Program-made: the position numbers and the translations under genes
Part shown: in pieces, positions 25,385-37,800 of the stretch
Layout of the letters: every line of letters begins with the position of its first letter
Numbering within the stretch: the stretch's first letter is position 1
Notes under the pieces: generated by a model
What the model saw: the letters and a program-made list of their open reading frames with translations, nothing else
Told to the model about the DNA's origin: nothing
Database searches by the model: none
From: Raillietiella orientalis
Lineage: Eukaryota
DNA: 64,000 nucleotides
Assembly (NCBI GenBank): GCA_036172245.1
Contig: JAYWIR010000024.1
Coordinates: 1,488,001 to 1,552,000 of the forward strand
Reading direction: 5' to 3'

Positions 25385-28300
25385 CTGTGGTTAGACACTC
25401 TGTGGTAGCTGCGACTTTCTCCTATAATTTAACAGGGGGAGGCTGCTAGACTTCCAAACCTTCCACGAAAAAAAAAGCCTTCTTTGGAGACAGTTTCACG
25501 TCTCACAATCATGCAGAGGATCAGTTCCGTCCACCAGTCTACTGGAGAGTTCGAAAGGAAACGGGAGTTCACGGGTGTTCGAAATCACAGTACCTTTCCA
25601 AAAAACTTTGCTGTGGCCTTCACCGCTTCGGCAACGTCACCAGACGAACAGAAAGAAAGGAAGGAGAGGAACCAGCATTTCATCTCGGTTGTTTCCCACT
25701 GGTTGACTTCGAGCAGCGACTGCAGACGACGACGACAGACACTGATGCGAAGTCGGCTTGGTGCCGGTGAAGGCTCTGTTCTGTCCCTAACAAAAAGAGG
25801 GAATAAACATCACAGCATCATACGGTAATTGGCTTGGATTCCAGTCCCGTGAGAGGGATCCCTGAAGCCTTCAGATGAATCACTGTGAGAGTTACGGTCA
25901 CGTCATTCTTAATGCTGCAGCAGTGGACAGCATACCTGCATTAGTGTATCCGTATTCTAATCCCAGGTGGCAATTCAACCCCACGTAGACAAAAGTGCAC
26001 CCTGAAGTGTTTCGTACTTTTCGAAGATAAAAAAAAAAAAAAAAAAAAAACACGTTCGATTCCTTGCAGCTTTTTTTGTTACGTCTACTCCATCACACGG
26101 AGCAGCCTCCCGTTTCGAGAATTTCATAATTCTTCCATGCAGCATCCCTTTTAATCTTGAGAGATGAAAAGTTTATTAGTGGTGCCGCGGCAGTTTGGTT
26201 TCCATTACATACAAAAAGCTGCACGTCTCTGAAGATCGCCACTGCGAGCAGCATATGCTGATCCAAATGCTTGGGATTGCACTACCTATCAACGAAATCG
26301 ATTTATAGAATTCAAGGGCGGCTCTCTTTGTCCTTTTCGAGTTAATACCCTATGCTGTCCTTTCCCTCTAGGATTCCTGGGATTCACCTACGGTTGCCAG
26401 CACGGATAACTTTCAAACTCTCTTCGTTTCAATTCCGATACAGAGATAAGGATTTCGGAGAGGAATTCGTAGTTTATCTTCGGAGCAATAGAAGACGTGG
26501 CGATATACTGCTGGCAGTAACGAAACAAATGATGTTTGCGACGAATAAAGTGCTCAGTGTACATGTTTCCTAATACGAACTTTCATTTGGATTCTTCTCG
26601 GACAGATATTCCCAAACCATTCTACTTCTTATCTGCCCTAAGCAAATCTTGAATTGATTGAAACCGGAGTTTAAAATATTCTTTATAATTGAATGCACTT
26701 TCTTAATTAATTTGCAAGTTCAAAATCAATCATCTAAGAAGAAGCAGGAGCGTATAAAATCCCATACAAGCGAATAAAATCGATTAGGTAGCCGAAAAAA
26801 CATACTCCGATGTAATTTTCACATTCAGATTTTTGCAATGGTCCTCTCGCACTTGAGGAAATTCAGCGCCAACCTTGAAAAGCAATGGCAATCAATCAAT
26901 GCTTCATGATCTTCATAAAAAAAATAATAGCCCTTCTAAATGTTTCTCAGACATTTTTCCTTTTTTAAATTCAGGCAATTCAGCCATTTTACTGATTCCT
27001 CATCTTTCCTGCATTTGATGCGTTCTCTCCCGAAAAGGTATTTATTAAACACTGAATTTCTTTATTCCAAATTTAATTATGGCTTAGGAAACATAGCCAG
27101 AGACAAGAAGTGCGTTTTACAACATGAAAATCTGGAAATAGAAACAAAGCTCCTAGATCTCAAGTGATGTAAATGGGCCCCAGGAATGTCGCGAAAATCA
27201 CATTTAGGTGTTCTTCCTGTTTGAAGAAGCACACTGAAAGACTTAGATCAGATTGCACGTGGATGGAAATGTTCCAATAAATGTCAATAATATTGTCCAC
27301 TTTTCTGTAGGAAACCCTTGAAAATAACCTTCCCTCCTTTCTCGAGCACCCTCCCTTATTCACATCCAAATATGAAGTATGATTCCAAGACGAACAGGTA
27401 ACATGTTCTATTCTATTTCCAATCGTTGGAGATGTTAAAGCACATATTGCGATGGAAAGCACATGCTTCATCGAGTACACCTTCGTTTGAATTCCAGGAT
27501 TAAGTTAATTTGAATCGCCAAAGTACATGCACTTCTAAACCCCTAATGTGTAGCTTAATTAATTAACATTGCTTTCACGGTGGTCAGTGAAGTTGTTGAA
27601 ATATACTTTCTACAGGTCCGCTGACCGATCGAAAAAGAGCCTCCAGAAAGAAAGAAAAAACAAAAAAAAGCAAATCTCACTTGGCATTGCGTTTACTCTT
27701 AAGCTGTGGATGTATGTAACAGTAAGAATATGGATATCCGAGCTCTCCAGGAAGAATGCATAAACAAGAAATTGAATGAAATAGATATGAATGCAGCGGC
27801 ATCTTCAGAATTAAACACTAATGAATTGACGATTGCGATTTCAAACTCTTTGAAGGGAAGCAGAGGAAAAAAATTGTGCGCTGTTCCATGTCAGTCTCAT
27901 TAACAATATCGGGACAAAAATCCGAGTGGTTCGTTTCTTCTCTGCAAGCTTCCTTTTCGAAACACACATGAATTAATTGTTCTCAAAGCTGAGCGAGACA
28001 CGCTTATTCCATTAGCGTTTCTGTAAATGTGACTGAATTTCCGTTTCCGAGTCGAGCAGAGGCTCTGTACGGTATTTTGATCAGATAATTCAAAATATCA
28101 CAATATCAACTCTTCACAGTTATTAGCTAGTTTATATGGCACGAAGTATTTGTTTCTTTTTACTTGATATTTGTGAATTATCTCCATGCACTAATTTTCG
28201 CTAAAATAAACGGCATTTTCAAAACATCCACGGTATCCATCTCTCATCTTTTTCAAAAGCAGACGTGCAATGGGCATCATATATCCGAAATAAAGTTGCT

Positions 28301-28934
28301 GGAGATGAATTTTCCTCCAAAGCAACTTGCAAGTTAAGCCTATGGTGCACTTTGAAGGAGAGGGTGAAGCGGAAAAACTAAAACAAAATGAAATTGTGAC
28401 CGTCAAAAGAGCGAGCGGCTGCGGGAATAGACAACCTCGAAAATAAAAGCTGTTGGAGTATCGTAAGCACAGTGTTCTTCTAGGAAGTTCGAAGTCGGTG
28501 TGGCAGGCGTTTTGCTTTGAGCCATGCTTTCGCTGCAACGCAGATGAGCCGTTGCCTAGGATCTCCCTCCCTCCGTCGTGCCCAGGTTCACACATCTCCG
28601 CTGACTGTGCAAGCGTGCTAAATACGTGGGTAGTAATGTAAGTACATTGAAAACGGGATCCTCCCTTCCCAAGTGTACATTAGTTTGAATGAAAACGCCT
28701 GCAGATGCCCTTGCGATGTCCAAATTACATGCGTTGATAAAAATGATTCAAGATTTAAAAAACGCGAGCTGGAATTCAAATTAGTTCACTTTTCTGCATC
28801 AGGGGTGTTTAGTGCCCGTTTTACGGTGCAAGAGAGAGAAATAAACAGATAGTAATCGAATGTGGATGTTTTCTTTTACCGGCAATCATACCATTTGTTT
28901 GAAAATTACCGTTCCTGTGTTTGCTTCCAGCACA

Positions 28935-30135
28935 ATGACACGACATGCAAGGAATGCTACTGCAAGTTCGGTATACTCATATCATGAGAAGAAAAAAGAT
29001 GCAAAAGCATCAGGGTATGGAACAAAATCCATGCGTATTCCCAAAGAATCAATCAGAGATTTTGACTGTTGCTGCCTGACGCTACAGCCTTGCCACAACC
29101 CTGTTGTGACGTAAGATATATGATGATAACATTAGATTTTTATGGCATCCAATCGCAGTCCTGATGGTTACTTGTATGAAAAGGAAGCTCTGTTGGAATA
29201 CATACTCACAAAAAAGACAGAGAATGCAAGGAAAATGAAAGCTTATTTGAAGCAGAAAAAGCAGCAAAAAGTATTTCCAATTTTTTTTTTTGTTTTGTTT
29301 GTTTTTAGTTATTTTTTGCCATCATTTTATTTAGAGTGAAGAAGAAGAAAATAAGGAAGCAGCTCAGAGATCTAAAGTGCAGAACTTCTTATCTGTTGAA
29401 AATAGCATTGTAAGCAAACCACTTAATGCATTTCACAACAATGGTGAGAAAGTATCTGTTGCCAATCAGATTCAATTTTTTAATCTATTTTATTTTCACA
29501 GATGCTGGACCAAGCTCTACTATTTCCAATATGAGTCATGGAAAAGAAAAAACTCTGCCTAGCTTTTGGATCCCTGCTCTAACTCCTGCAGCCTCAAAAC
29601 TGAACTTGGAAAAACCAGTAAGTAGCATGCACTTTGCATCAAACAGGATGTGTGCATTCAGAGCAAACATGTACTCTGTCCTATGAGTGGAAAGCCTTTG
29701 AAGGCTAAGGACCTAATACCAATTCACTTTACTGAAGCACCTACTGATGGAAAACAAAAAGAGCCACTCATCAGTAGACGTGCACGATACATGTGCGCAG
29801 TGACTCAGGATGTCCTAAGCAATACAGTACCATGTGCAGTACTAAGGCCATCGTAAGTTGTGAGAAGCACTGAGCAAGGCATTTTGTTTACTTTCCAGTG
29901 GGCATGTAGTGACCATGGAATGTGTAGAGAGATTGATTAAGAAAGATATGATTTGTCCTTTGACAGGAAAGCAGCTCTACGATGATGATATAATTCCACT
30001 ACAGAGGGTACATTGCGTACTGTTTATTTCTGTACTTTCATCTAATGCATTTTACTATTGTAGGGTGGCACAGGATTCAGTGCAGTGAATACCAGTTTAA
30101 AAGCAAGTGTGGCTAGGCCTGTACTTCAAGTTTAA
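28935..30135 (+). CDS. NOSIP: Nitric oxide synthase-interacting protein (RING/U-box-like E3 ligase), 7 exons
   Basis: Exons 28935-29110, 29159-29270, 29335-29443, 29502-29617, 29662-29852, 29899-30007, 30064-30135 join in frame via GT-AG introns of 44-64 nt. Protein reads MTRHARNATASSVYSYHEKKKD...FDCCCLTLQPC...PDGYLYEKEALLEYIL...LPSFWIPALTP...CPMSGKPLK...YMCAVT...GHVVTMECVERLI...LQRGGTGFS, which are NOSIP hallmark segments. Stop TAA at 30133-30135. Confidence 0.96.
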
Positions 30136-30188
30136 TTCTTCCTTCCAAAGCCACACAGCAGTAATCACAATATCACAGATTTGTAGTA

Positions 30189-31910
30189 TCAAGTGGTGCT
30201 ATGGGGTTTCCATATAGTAACTGCCATCCATATGGTATACCCTACCAATGCTATCATACCACATATCCAAAAGCACAACACATTGCTAGAAACAAAAATT
30301 GACACAACAAATTGACAATCATGTGGTATGGTTTACTAACATTGGCAGTGGTTTTGTGACAGTGTTCCAACCAAACTTGAGAATCAAAAGAAACTCTGTG
30401 ATGAGAATTGCCAACAAAATCCAAGATTGTCTACCAAACTTCGTACATTCAGGATCAATTAAATACTGAAAGGTTTCTCTCAAAGAGACTGCACCCCATA
30501 ACAAAAACAGAAAAAGGCGAATAAAATTGAGGTAATGATCAGGTGGAATCCACAACACAAACTTCAGATAAAATGTGCTTAGCTCTGCCAATAGAAACTA
30601 CATAATTTTAATGAAAATTTTCACCATTGCTCAAACACGTTACCAAAGATATGATGCCCAGCACAGCCAACCAATGGCTCAGGCTAGATGTAGGATGCCA
30701 ATTAAAATCAACCCAACTGTATGGTCCAAATTGCTCCAAGATACGGCGAAGTTTACCTCTGATAATTGAACAAATAAAACATTGGTGACTCTTAGTCTTC
30801 TTCTATTTCTCACCCATAGGTAGGAATGTTCCATAAACCCCTCCAATGATATGTTTTCATTGAGAAATAGTGCAAGGTCAAACCTCCCAAAACCATTCCC
30901 ATACCATTGCAAATGAGAGCATCCAGTATCCACTAATCACAATTTACATATATTTGCAGGAAACTTACTCACATGATCCCACCAACATTCATGAAAATTG
31001 GGTAGCTGATGTTCCAAAGTGTATTCCAGCAGTTCAAACATTATGCTGATGATGGTACATAGCCACCAGTCACGCAAAATCAGCATTTTCAAGTACCAAC
31101 CTACTAAATGACTAGGCACAAACAGATCCATTTTTTCCTTCAGTGAAAAAGTGAAAGTACAAAGACTGAAACTACGGGCTAAATACATTCTGAATTACTA
31201 CCCGAATGTTGTGAAAAGGATCAGGGTGATCAGCATCATAAATTTTGCAGTGGCCACCATAATCTTTCTCTTTCAAAGGTTTTCCTAATTCAGGGGAGAT
31301 ATGAGCAAGCATTTTCCTGGCATCATTAGAAGTCTACTCTAATGTAGAATGAATTAATTTTATACATACTATATATACCTGGAAAAGCAGAAAGATGAGC
31401 AATAATTCATAGACAATGCTGCAGCAAAATGCGGATCTCCAAACTACAGGATGAGGTCTAACAAATGGTCCATCTGGTGTCACAATCACACCAACCAAAA
31501 TGAAAAAACTGAGGGAAGCGATCAGACCTCTACAAATAATAAGTTTACATGGACTAACTTCAGAGGCCGATGGATCTTACCTTTTAATATTGTAATAAGA
31601 ATCATCATTTACTGATTCAAAAACTGCCACATATACCAGTACCAATATGAATAAAAATAACACTGTCAAAGTATGGGCCCTCCTAAAATCAACAACGCAC
31701 TTGAACTACACATGTTTGGATTCACGCAGGCAACATATACCAAAAAAATGTTTGAGTTCCATCATCAAAAAACTCCCTCTCACAAACGTTTTCATAATGA
31801 TCCTCCTCCAAAATATCACAAAACTCTAGATCGTTTGGTTTCTGGAGTTCTCCTGTAAACTTGAGTGATCTGTGTCGAAGTTCTTTCAACTTTATTAACC
31901 CGTTTGACAT
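30189..31910 (-). CDS. PTDSS2: Phosphatidylserine synthase 2 (base-exchange type), 9 exons
   Basis: Exons 31910-31741, 31682-31581, 31529-31379, 31333-31202, 31137-30973, 30932-30814, 30758-30644, 30597-30341, 30285-30189 with GT-AG introns of 40-64 nt. Motifs [80 protein letters not shown]; the N-terminal segment matches PSS2 rather than PSS1. Stop TGA at 30191-30189. Confidence 0.94.
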
Positions 31911-33049
31911 GACTGACAGTTATTCTGTGGCAATGTAATATTCCAACTGGATTCATTAGCACTTCAAAACATGTACACAAACAGATACGATAACCCTAAG
32001 AATGGAAAACACTCTTCCGTTTCATTTCAGGCACTGGTACGATAAAAAAAAATGCAGCAGCACCCCTGCCAAGCGTGGCCATCAGTGCTGTCCCCACGGA
32101 AATTTCCACGCACTTTTTAAATTTTAAACTTTATCCACACACCTGCGCAAACGGAACGGAACGTTCTGGTGATCGAAAACTCACGAATTTTTCTCAATAT
32201 TCTTTCAATTGATCTTAAATCGATGATGAAGCCTTGAGGGAGGATAGGAAAAAAAAAGGAAGGTAATCCTAAGATAAGAAAAACTTGATATCTGAGGATA
32301 TCTCGAAATGAAATCGCAGCCTCCTATATTTCTAAAGAAAAAAATCTGTCGCGCATCTAACTTGTACCTTATAACGTACAAATCACAAGAGCTAGGAGAA
32401 TTCACTAAATAAGAAATTTAATCAATACTGATTCTTCATGAGTGAATAATGGTGAACCACGAATGCTTTTTGTACATGGATCCCTTACTATTAGCAATTC
32501 TTTACGTATGCTCATAATAATACTAATTTATTCTGGGATAAAAGAATGACTTCGAATGGTAACGATTTCCAATGGTTAGTGCCAAAGAAAATTGACGTAC
32601 ATCGAACACGGAAACACGATGAGATTTTCCACATCCTTTACTCATGAAATAGTAATTAGCTATTAGCATACCTCATTGCTATTTCAGGAGCGACACACCT
32701 CACTGTCACAAGAGGCTGTTCTTCATGATGATAATCATAGGTTCAAGAGGAGGAGGAGGAGATGATGAGCGATTCATTGATTGCTGGTGATGTACACCGA
32801 CTGCTGGGTGAGGGACGCTCAATTCATTTGGATTACTTAGTAGAATACCCTTCTGTACCAGAGCGGAATTACATGGGAACGAGTATTTGGCACCAGGATA
32901 TGAATCAGTTAAATAAGATTGGTGTGACAGAATACAATTAAGCCTTATTTGGTTTAGGTGATTCACTGGCAAGTGTGGAAATGCGAAAAAGAGAAAGGAA
33001 ACTTTAGGATGTGTACAAGAGGCAGATGAATCCAGAGTGTAGCTCGAAC

Positions 33050-33720
33050 ATTCATTGGAATATCACTGCTTGCAAGTAGTGATGAGCTTTTCCAAAGCAT
33101 CTAGGGAGAGGAAAGCCACTGGAGGCGAGCAGCAGCAAAGGAAATGTTGCTAGGGGTTGCATTCGGAACTGCTTGAAGAAATTAGCGGAGAGAGCACTCT
33201 TGGAATTGTGGGATCCATGTTGTCGAAATCTTTTAGCTGTGCCACAAAGTGGTTCCCCTCCCCCCCCCAAGCAAATTCGATTGCCTGACGAGAAGGAATG
33301 GGTGATCCTCGAAATACACGACTGCAACCCAAGACGAAGTCGCACCAGCTTGGGAGCAAGCCGAAATAGGAGCGGGACTACACTGATGATGCAAGATCTT
33401 CGACGTTGCTATGCGCGTTACTGTCTCGACGTCCCGCTGAGTTTGTCCTCTTCTTTAATCTCCTGCGGATAAAGGCTGGAAGCGCAGTGTGTGTTCTCCA
33501 CAGGGAGTGCTCATTTTCGATTTCCATATTTTCGGGAGGGATCCGGAAATTCAAAGGTGCCACGTCCGATCTCTGGACAGCATGATGAGCTCCATCCTCT
33601 CCCGTCGGCGCACGGAGACTCGGATCTTCCCCATGATGGCTTATGTTAATTCCCCTGATTTCGGTATCCAAGGGGGGCCTGCATTTTTTTGACCCACTGA
33701 CGGCCGTCGGGCAGCGTTCT
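33050..33720 (-). mobile_element. Possible very old non-LTR reverse-transcriptase remnant
   Basis: Faint, ordered RT-like fragments across frames: AGPPWIP (like APGPDG), IPxKIWKS, FVAQLKDFDNMD (like DLxKAFD). Weak. Confidence 0.3.
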
Positions 33721-33819
33721 GAAATGCAGAGGCAGTGATTTGCAGCACGGGATGGCAAGCCATTTCCGTGCTTAATGTGATCATCACGGATGAACACCGA
33801 AACCCCGAACCATCATCAA

Positions 33820-35260
33820 AAGAAATACACATGCTAATTATGTATGTTACCACACATATGTAGATTCATACACGGATTTATTTCGACATACATTTTTATT
33901 GATGGCATTTTACATTCTTATATGTGTATTCATGTATGGATTAATACATAGATTCTGAAGGTAATATAAATTAAATATGCATGCTTATTATCCATATTAA
34001 TATGTATATCGGTGTATAAATTAATATAGATAAATACATGCTATTAAGACAAATATATACATACACTACAGATATTAGCATAAGTCTTTACATGTTCGTC
34101 ATATATATTCGTATACAGACTAGCACATACACAAACATACAATATAAAGATCATAAAAGTTTAATAACGGTGTTCATTACATATATAAGTAGGTAACAGA
34201 CATATAAATTAACCTATCGATTCATATACAAATTTGTTTTTTTGTGCTTTACTATATATTATTAATATATATAGTGAAGATTATAATAAATGAACACGTA
34301 TGTTCATTATGTACAGTGATGTATATTTACAGATATAATAAATATATATTAAATGAATTTGTAATTATCGCATTTTGAAAAATGAAAACTAATGATAAAA
34401 AGAAGAAATACTGGAAAGAAATACTGAAAAAACAAAAACAGTTTTGTATTTCATTTTCCAGTTGTTTCCAACAGTCAGTAAATGAAACTTTCTCAGGAAA
34501 TGACGAATTCCATGCTCGGGTCGTTGGATAAATAAACATGATTCGATATTTATACATTCATTTTATATATTTTTATTATATGTATAAATATGTATAATAA
34601 ACACATTTATTTATTTATTCAATCTTCAACATACATATCAAGAATACACATTCGTGCATATCATTCATTATGTGAATAAACATGATGTCCTTTGACTTGA
34701 TTTGTATGTTAACCATATGTGAATATCCACATATAAGGCGTATATATTTATATTTTGTGATCTTTATAATATATATTAATCTATATGTTAATGTATGTAT
34801 CAGTATGCATATTAATATATCTAAGAAACATTTCTATTAATTTTTATAATATATATTCATCAATACATTGATCTTTATGTAAATATATATAATGAAATTA
34901 TGAACTATATTAATAATGTAAATGTTAATAGCTATTAATATATAAATATCCCAAAATAACATTGCTGTACGTATGCTAATAAATATTAATAGATATGTAT
35001 GTTGGAATAAATTTTATAATATAATCTAATAATAGAATAAATAATATTAATCTCTATATAATCATATAACATACATGAATATACATGTCCAACAACATAA
35101 ATTACAAATTATACAAAATAAATATGTATGCTTATTATGTATATCACCAAGCATATGTATTTATTTTTGAATCTCTATAATATGTATTAATCGGTACATG
35201 AATCCGTATACATACACGCTTTAACATATATAATAAGCACACGTATTTATTTTTAAGATC
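33820..35260. repeat. AT-rich low-complexity tract (TA/CA-rich)
   Basis: About 1.4 kb that is visibly extremely AT-rich, with recurring ATAT/ACAT/ATTAAT words and sharp boundaries against GC-richer flanks. Confidence 0.75.
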
Positions 35261-36419
35261 GTTCGGTTAATATATTTGAAGATGGTTGACCCGAAAATGT
35301 GGCTTCTTTGACCGAACGCTTCCGTTCCCTCGTCCTCCCCGATCGGCTGTTGGGACCGCTCGGCTGATGCCGTCAGCAAAGGAGGTCCTGCTTCCCTGAT
35401 CTGCTGTCAAACCGGAGCAGGGACGAAGAAGCCACGTCCTGAAAGTCATCCCATTCCGGCCCCAGCCTGACGCCGATCTCCACTCGGACCTGAAATCACC
35501 CTCGAGCCATCGAGATCGACACGGTTGCTACTGATCCCTCGAACGCGCCTCATCTTCCGGAACAAACTTCAAGGACACAGACACCTGCTGTCAAATCGCC
35601 AGAAAGGCACTGTCCAGACAGAGGTCTAATTCTACTTGTATTCGCCCAGTCGGTTGGCTTGGATGCCTTCCTACTGAACAATGGCGAAGAGCTGGACCGG
35701 TGGCTCCGTAAAAGCATCCCTCTGTTGGTCTCGAGACAGAGACTGCCCCTCCCTACTGTATGCCCGTTCCCTAGACCGGCCCCTCGTCCCAAGGTCATTT
35801 GGAGTCCAACGAAACAATCCATTTGGAGCACAGACCAACCACTGTCCCGTCCTTCGTACCACTCCCTATCAAGTACTTCAGCGGAATGGGAAGCAATTCT
35901 CCGGGACGGCAGGATTTCTACTGGGAAGGGAGACCATTTAGGGGCTGCAGAGAGCCCTCAGTGCAGGATGGAAAGCACAAGTCTTTTCGTGCCGTAGGTC
36001 TGACCGAACGGTTCGTCAAGGACCAGGCGACTCCCACGCGGATGACCTATGAGATGCGCCTCAGTCCAACCGGTCCCTGGGACGAGGGTGGAACAGCCTT
36101 CCTCATTGGTTGGTCCACCGAAAATTCCATCGGAGATAATTTGGTCACCCATCACAGTATGCGGGAAGACGTCAGACCTCTTATCACTCGTAGGCGCTCA
36201 AAGCTTGCTGCCAAGGCCAGGAGAGGGAAGGCACCAGCAAAGGAAGGTGAGGTTTACACACTCTTCTCGGCAGACCCTCCTTCTGCTCGTCCCTATGACC
36301 GGGCTGTGATCCTTGAGGGCGCCTTCACTGAGGGCGGCGGCCCATCCGATACTCAAAACACGCGACCCGGAATTGCCCTGTGCTCGAGCGCATCCCTCTC
36401 CCCCTTCGGAATCTGCTGC

Positions 36420-37800
36420 TTGAATCTTCTCTCGGTACTTCGCAGGATCCCGGCATCTCAGGGAAGCTGAGACGCACCCTCTCCTACTGCCGCGAGCCAC
36501 TCCTGCGGAGGTCGAGTGCAGAGTCAACCTTCAGCGCTTGCCCTCCGTTCTTCCGCCTTTCGGGGGACGCGTGATGTCCCCGCCACGGTCACCTTCCCTT
36601 CCATCAACCCGTTCCTAAACGGCAAGTTCGTCTTGCCGGAGCGGGTCTCCATCTGAGACATTTTTGTTGTCCCCCTTCCTCCGCCCCTTGTTTTTTGGCC
36701 TGCTCCCTCCCCCCCTATTCGATGGAGATCGGGTGCAGCGCTTTCTGTGGGGTGCTGCGAGTTCCCGGGACCGTTTGAAAGAATTGGTTGGTGCCCGTGA
36801 CGGCATCCTGACCACCCACGAGATCGGACTTCAGGTGCAGCTCCGAATTTCGACCCTTTGTGCCCAATCGTGGACTTGTCACCGGTGTGCCCCGGGATGC
36901 CGCATCCTCCGGCGATGCGCTGGAAGAGCAGGACTTCTTTGGCTGCTACCGCGCTGCCGATACAGGACGTCGGGATTCGGCTTTCTCCTAAAGCAACTGT
37001 CTTCATTGCAGGAATCCCTGTCTTGAATCCCCTGCCTCCCTTAAAACTGAAACACCTGGCGTCAGGGGGCAATGAATTCCTGAGTTGCCACTCCGGAAGC
37101 GCGCCCAGAGGAACTGCGTCCGCCGTGGGAACTCCGATGCGAACCGCTGGGAGATCTCCTGCAGGGATTGGACGCAGCGTTCCCGGATGGCCTCCTCGTC
37201 CCTTGCTGCAGCACTGCCTGCCCTCAGGGCAAGCGATGACGGCAGCCAGCCGTCGGAGCAGGAGTTCTCCTGCAGAGTTGCAGGAGCCGAGAAACTCCTG
37301 GACGGCTGCAAGACGCGTGGACCGGTGGACGGCTCCGCTCCTCGTTCCCGGGCGAAAGGACTTCTTCGGTGGAGCGACTTTTTCAGTGTGGTCCCCGAAG
37401 AACTCGTTCGCTGCGTGCGGACACTTTCATGTTCCTGCTCCGTTGGAAACGGGACGTTCTGCTGTTTCTGTGCTGGGGATTCCGGCTCAACCGGCTCAGG
37501 CACCTGGTTCCCCGGGGTGTTGTCTCCCCGAACTGCTCCAGGTAAGAGGAGACGAAATCGTTCCCGCACCTCCTGGACTGCAGTGCGCTGGAGGGCATGC
37601 GACGGAGACCAGCCTCGGCGGTCCGTCATCCGCAGGTCACCGCCTCGGACTTGATGCTGAGCTTCTTCACTGAAGTCGATCTGACGGGGGGCGCTGTGAC
37701 CGCCTCCGCGCCATGGTGGCAGTTCGCATTGTGAGGGAGTCTCGTTCGAAGCGAAGGAACGCTAGCAGCATAGCAGACGCCTTGATGAGGACGGCTGCAA
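36420..37800 (+). mobile_element. Older, diverged copy of the L1/Tx1-like retrotransposon 3' half
   Basis: PFLNGKFVLPER (compare PFRGGRFFLPER in the 12389-13471 ORF), FLWGAASSRDRLKELVGAR, and HLLDC (CACCTCCTGGACTGC, ~37567) occur in the expected order. Confidence 0.6.
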
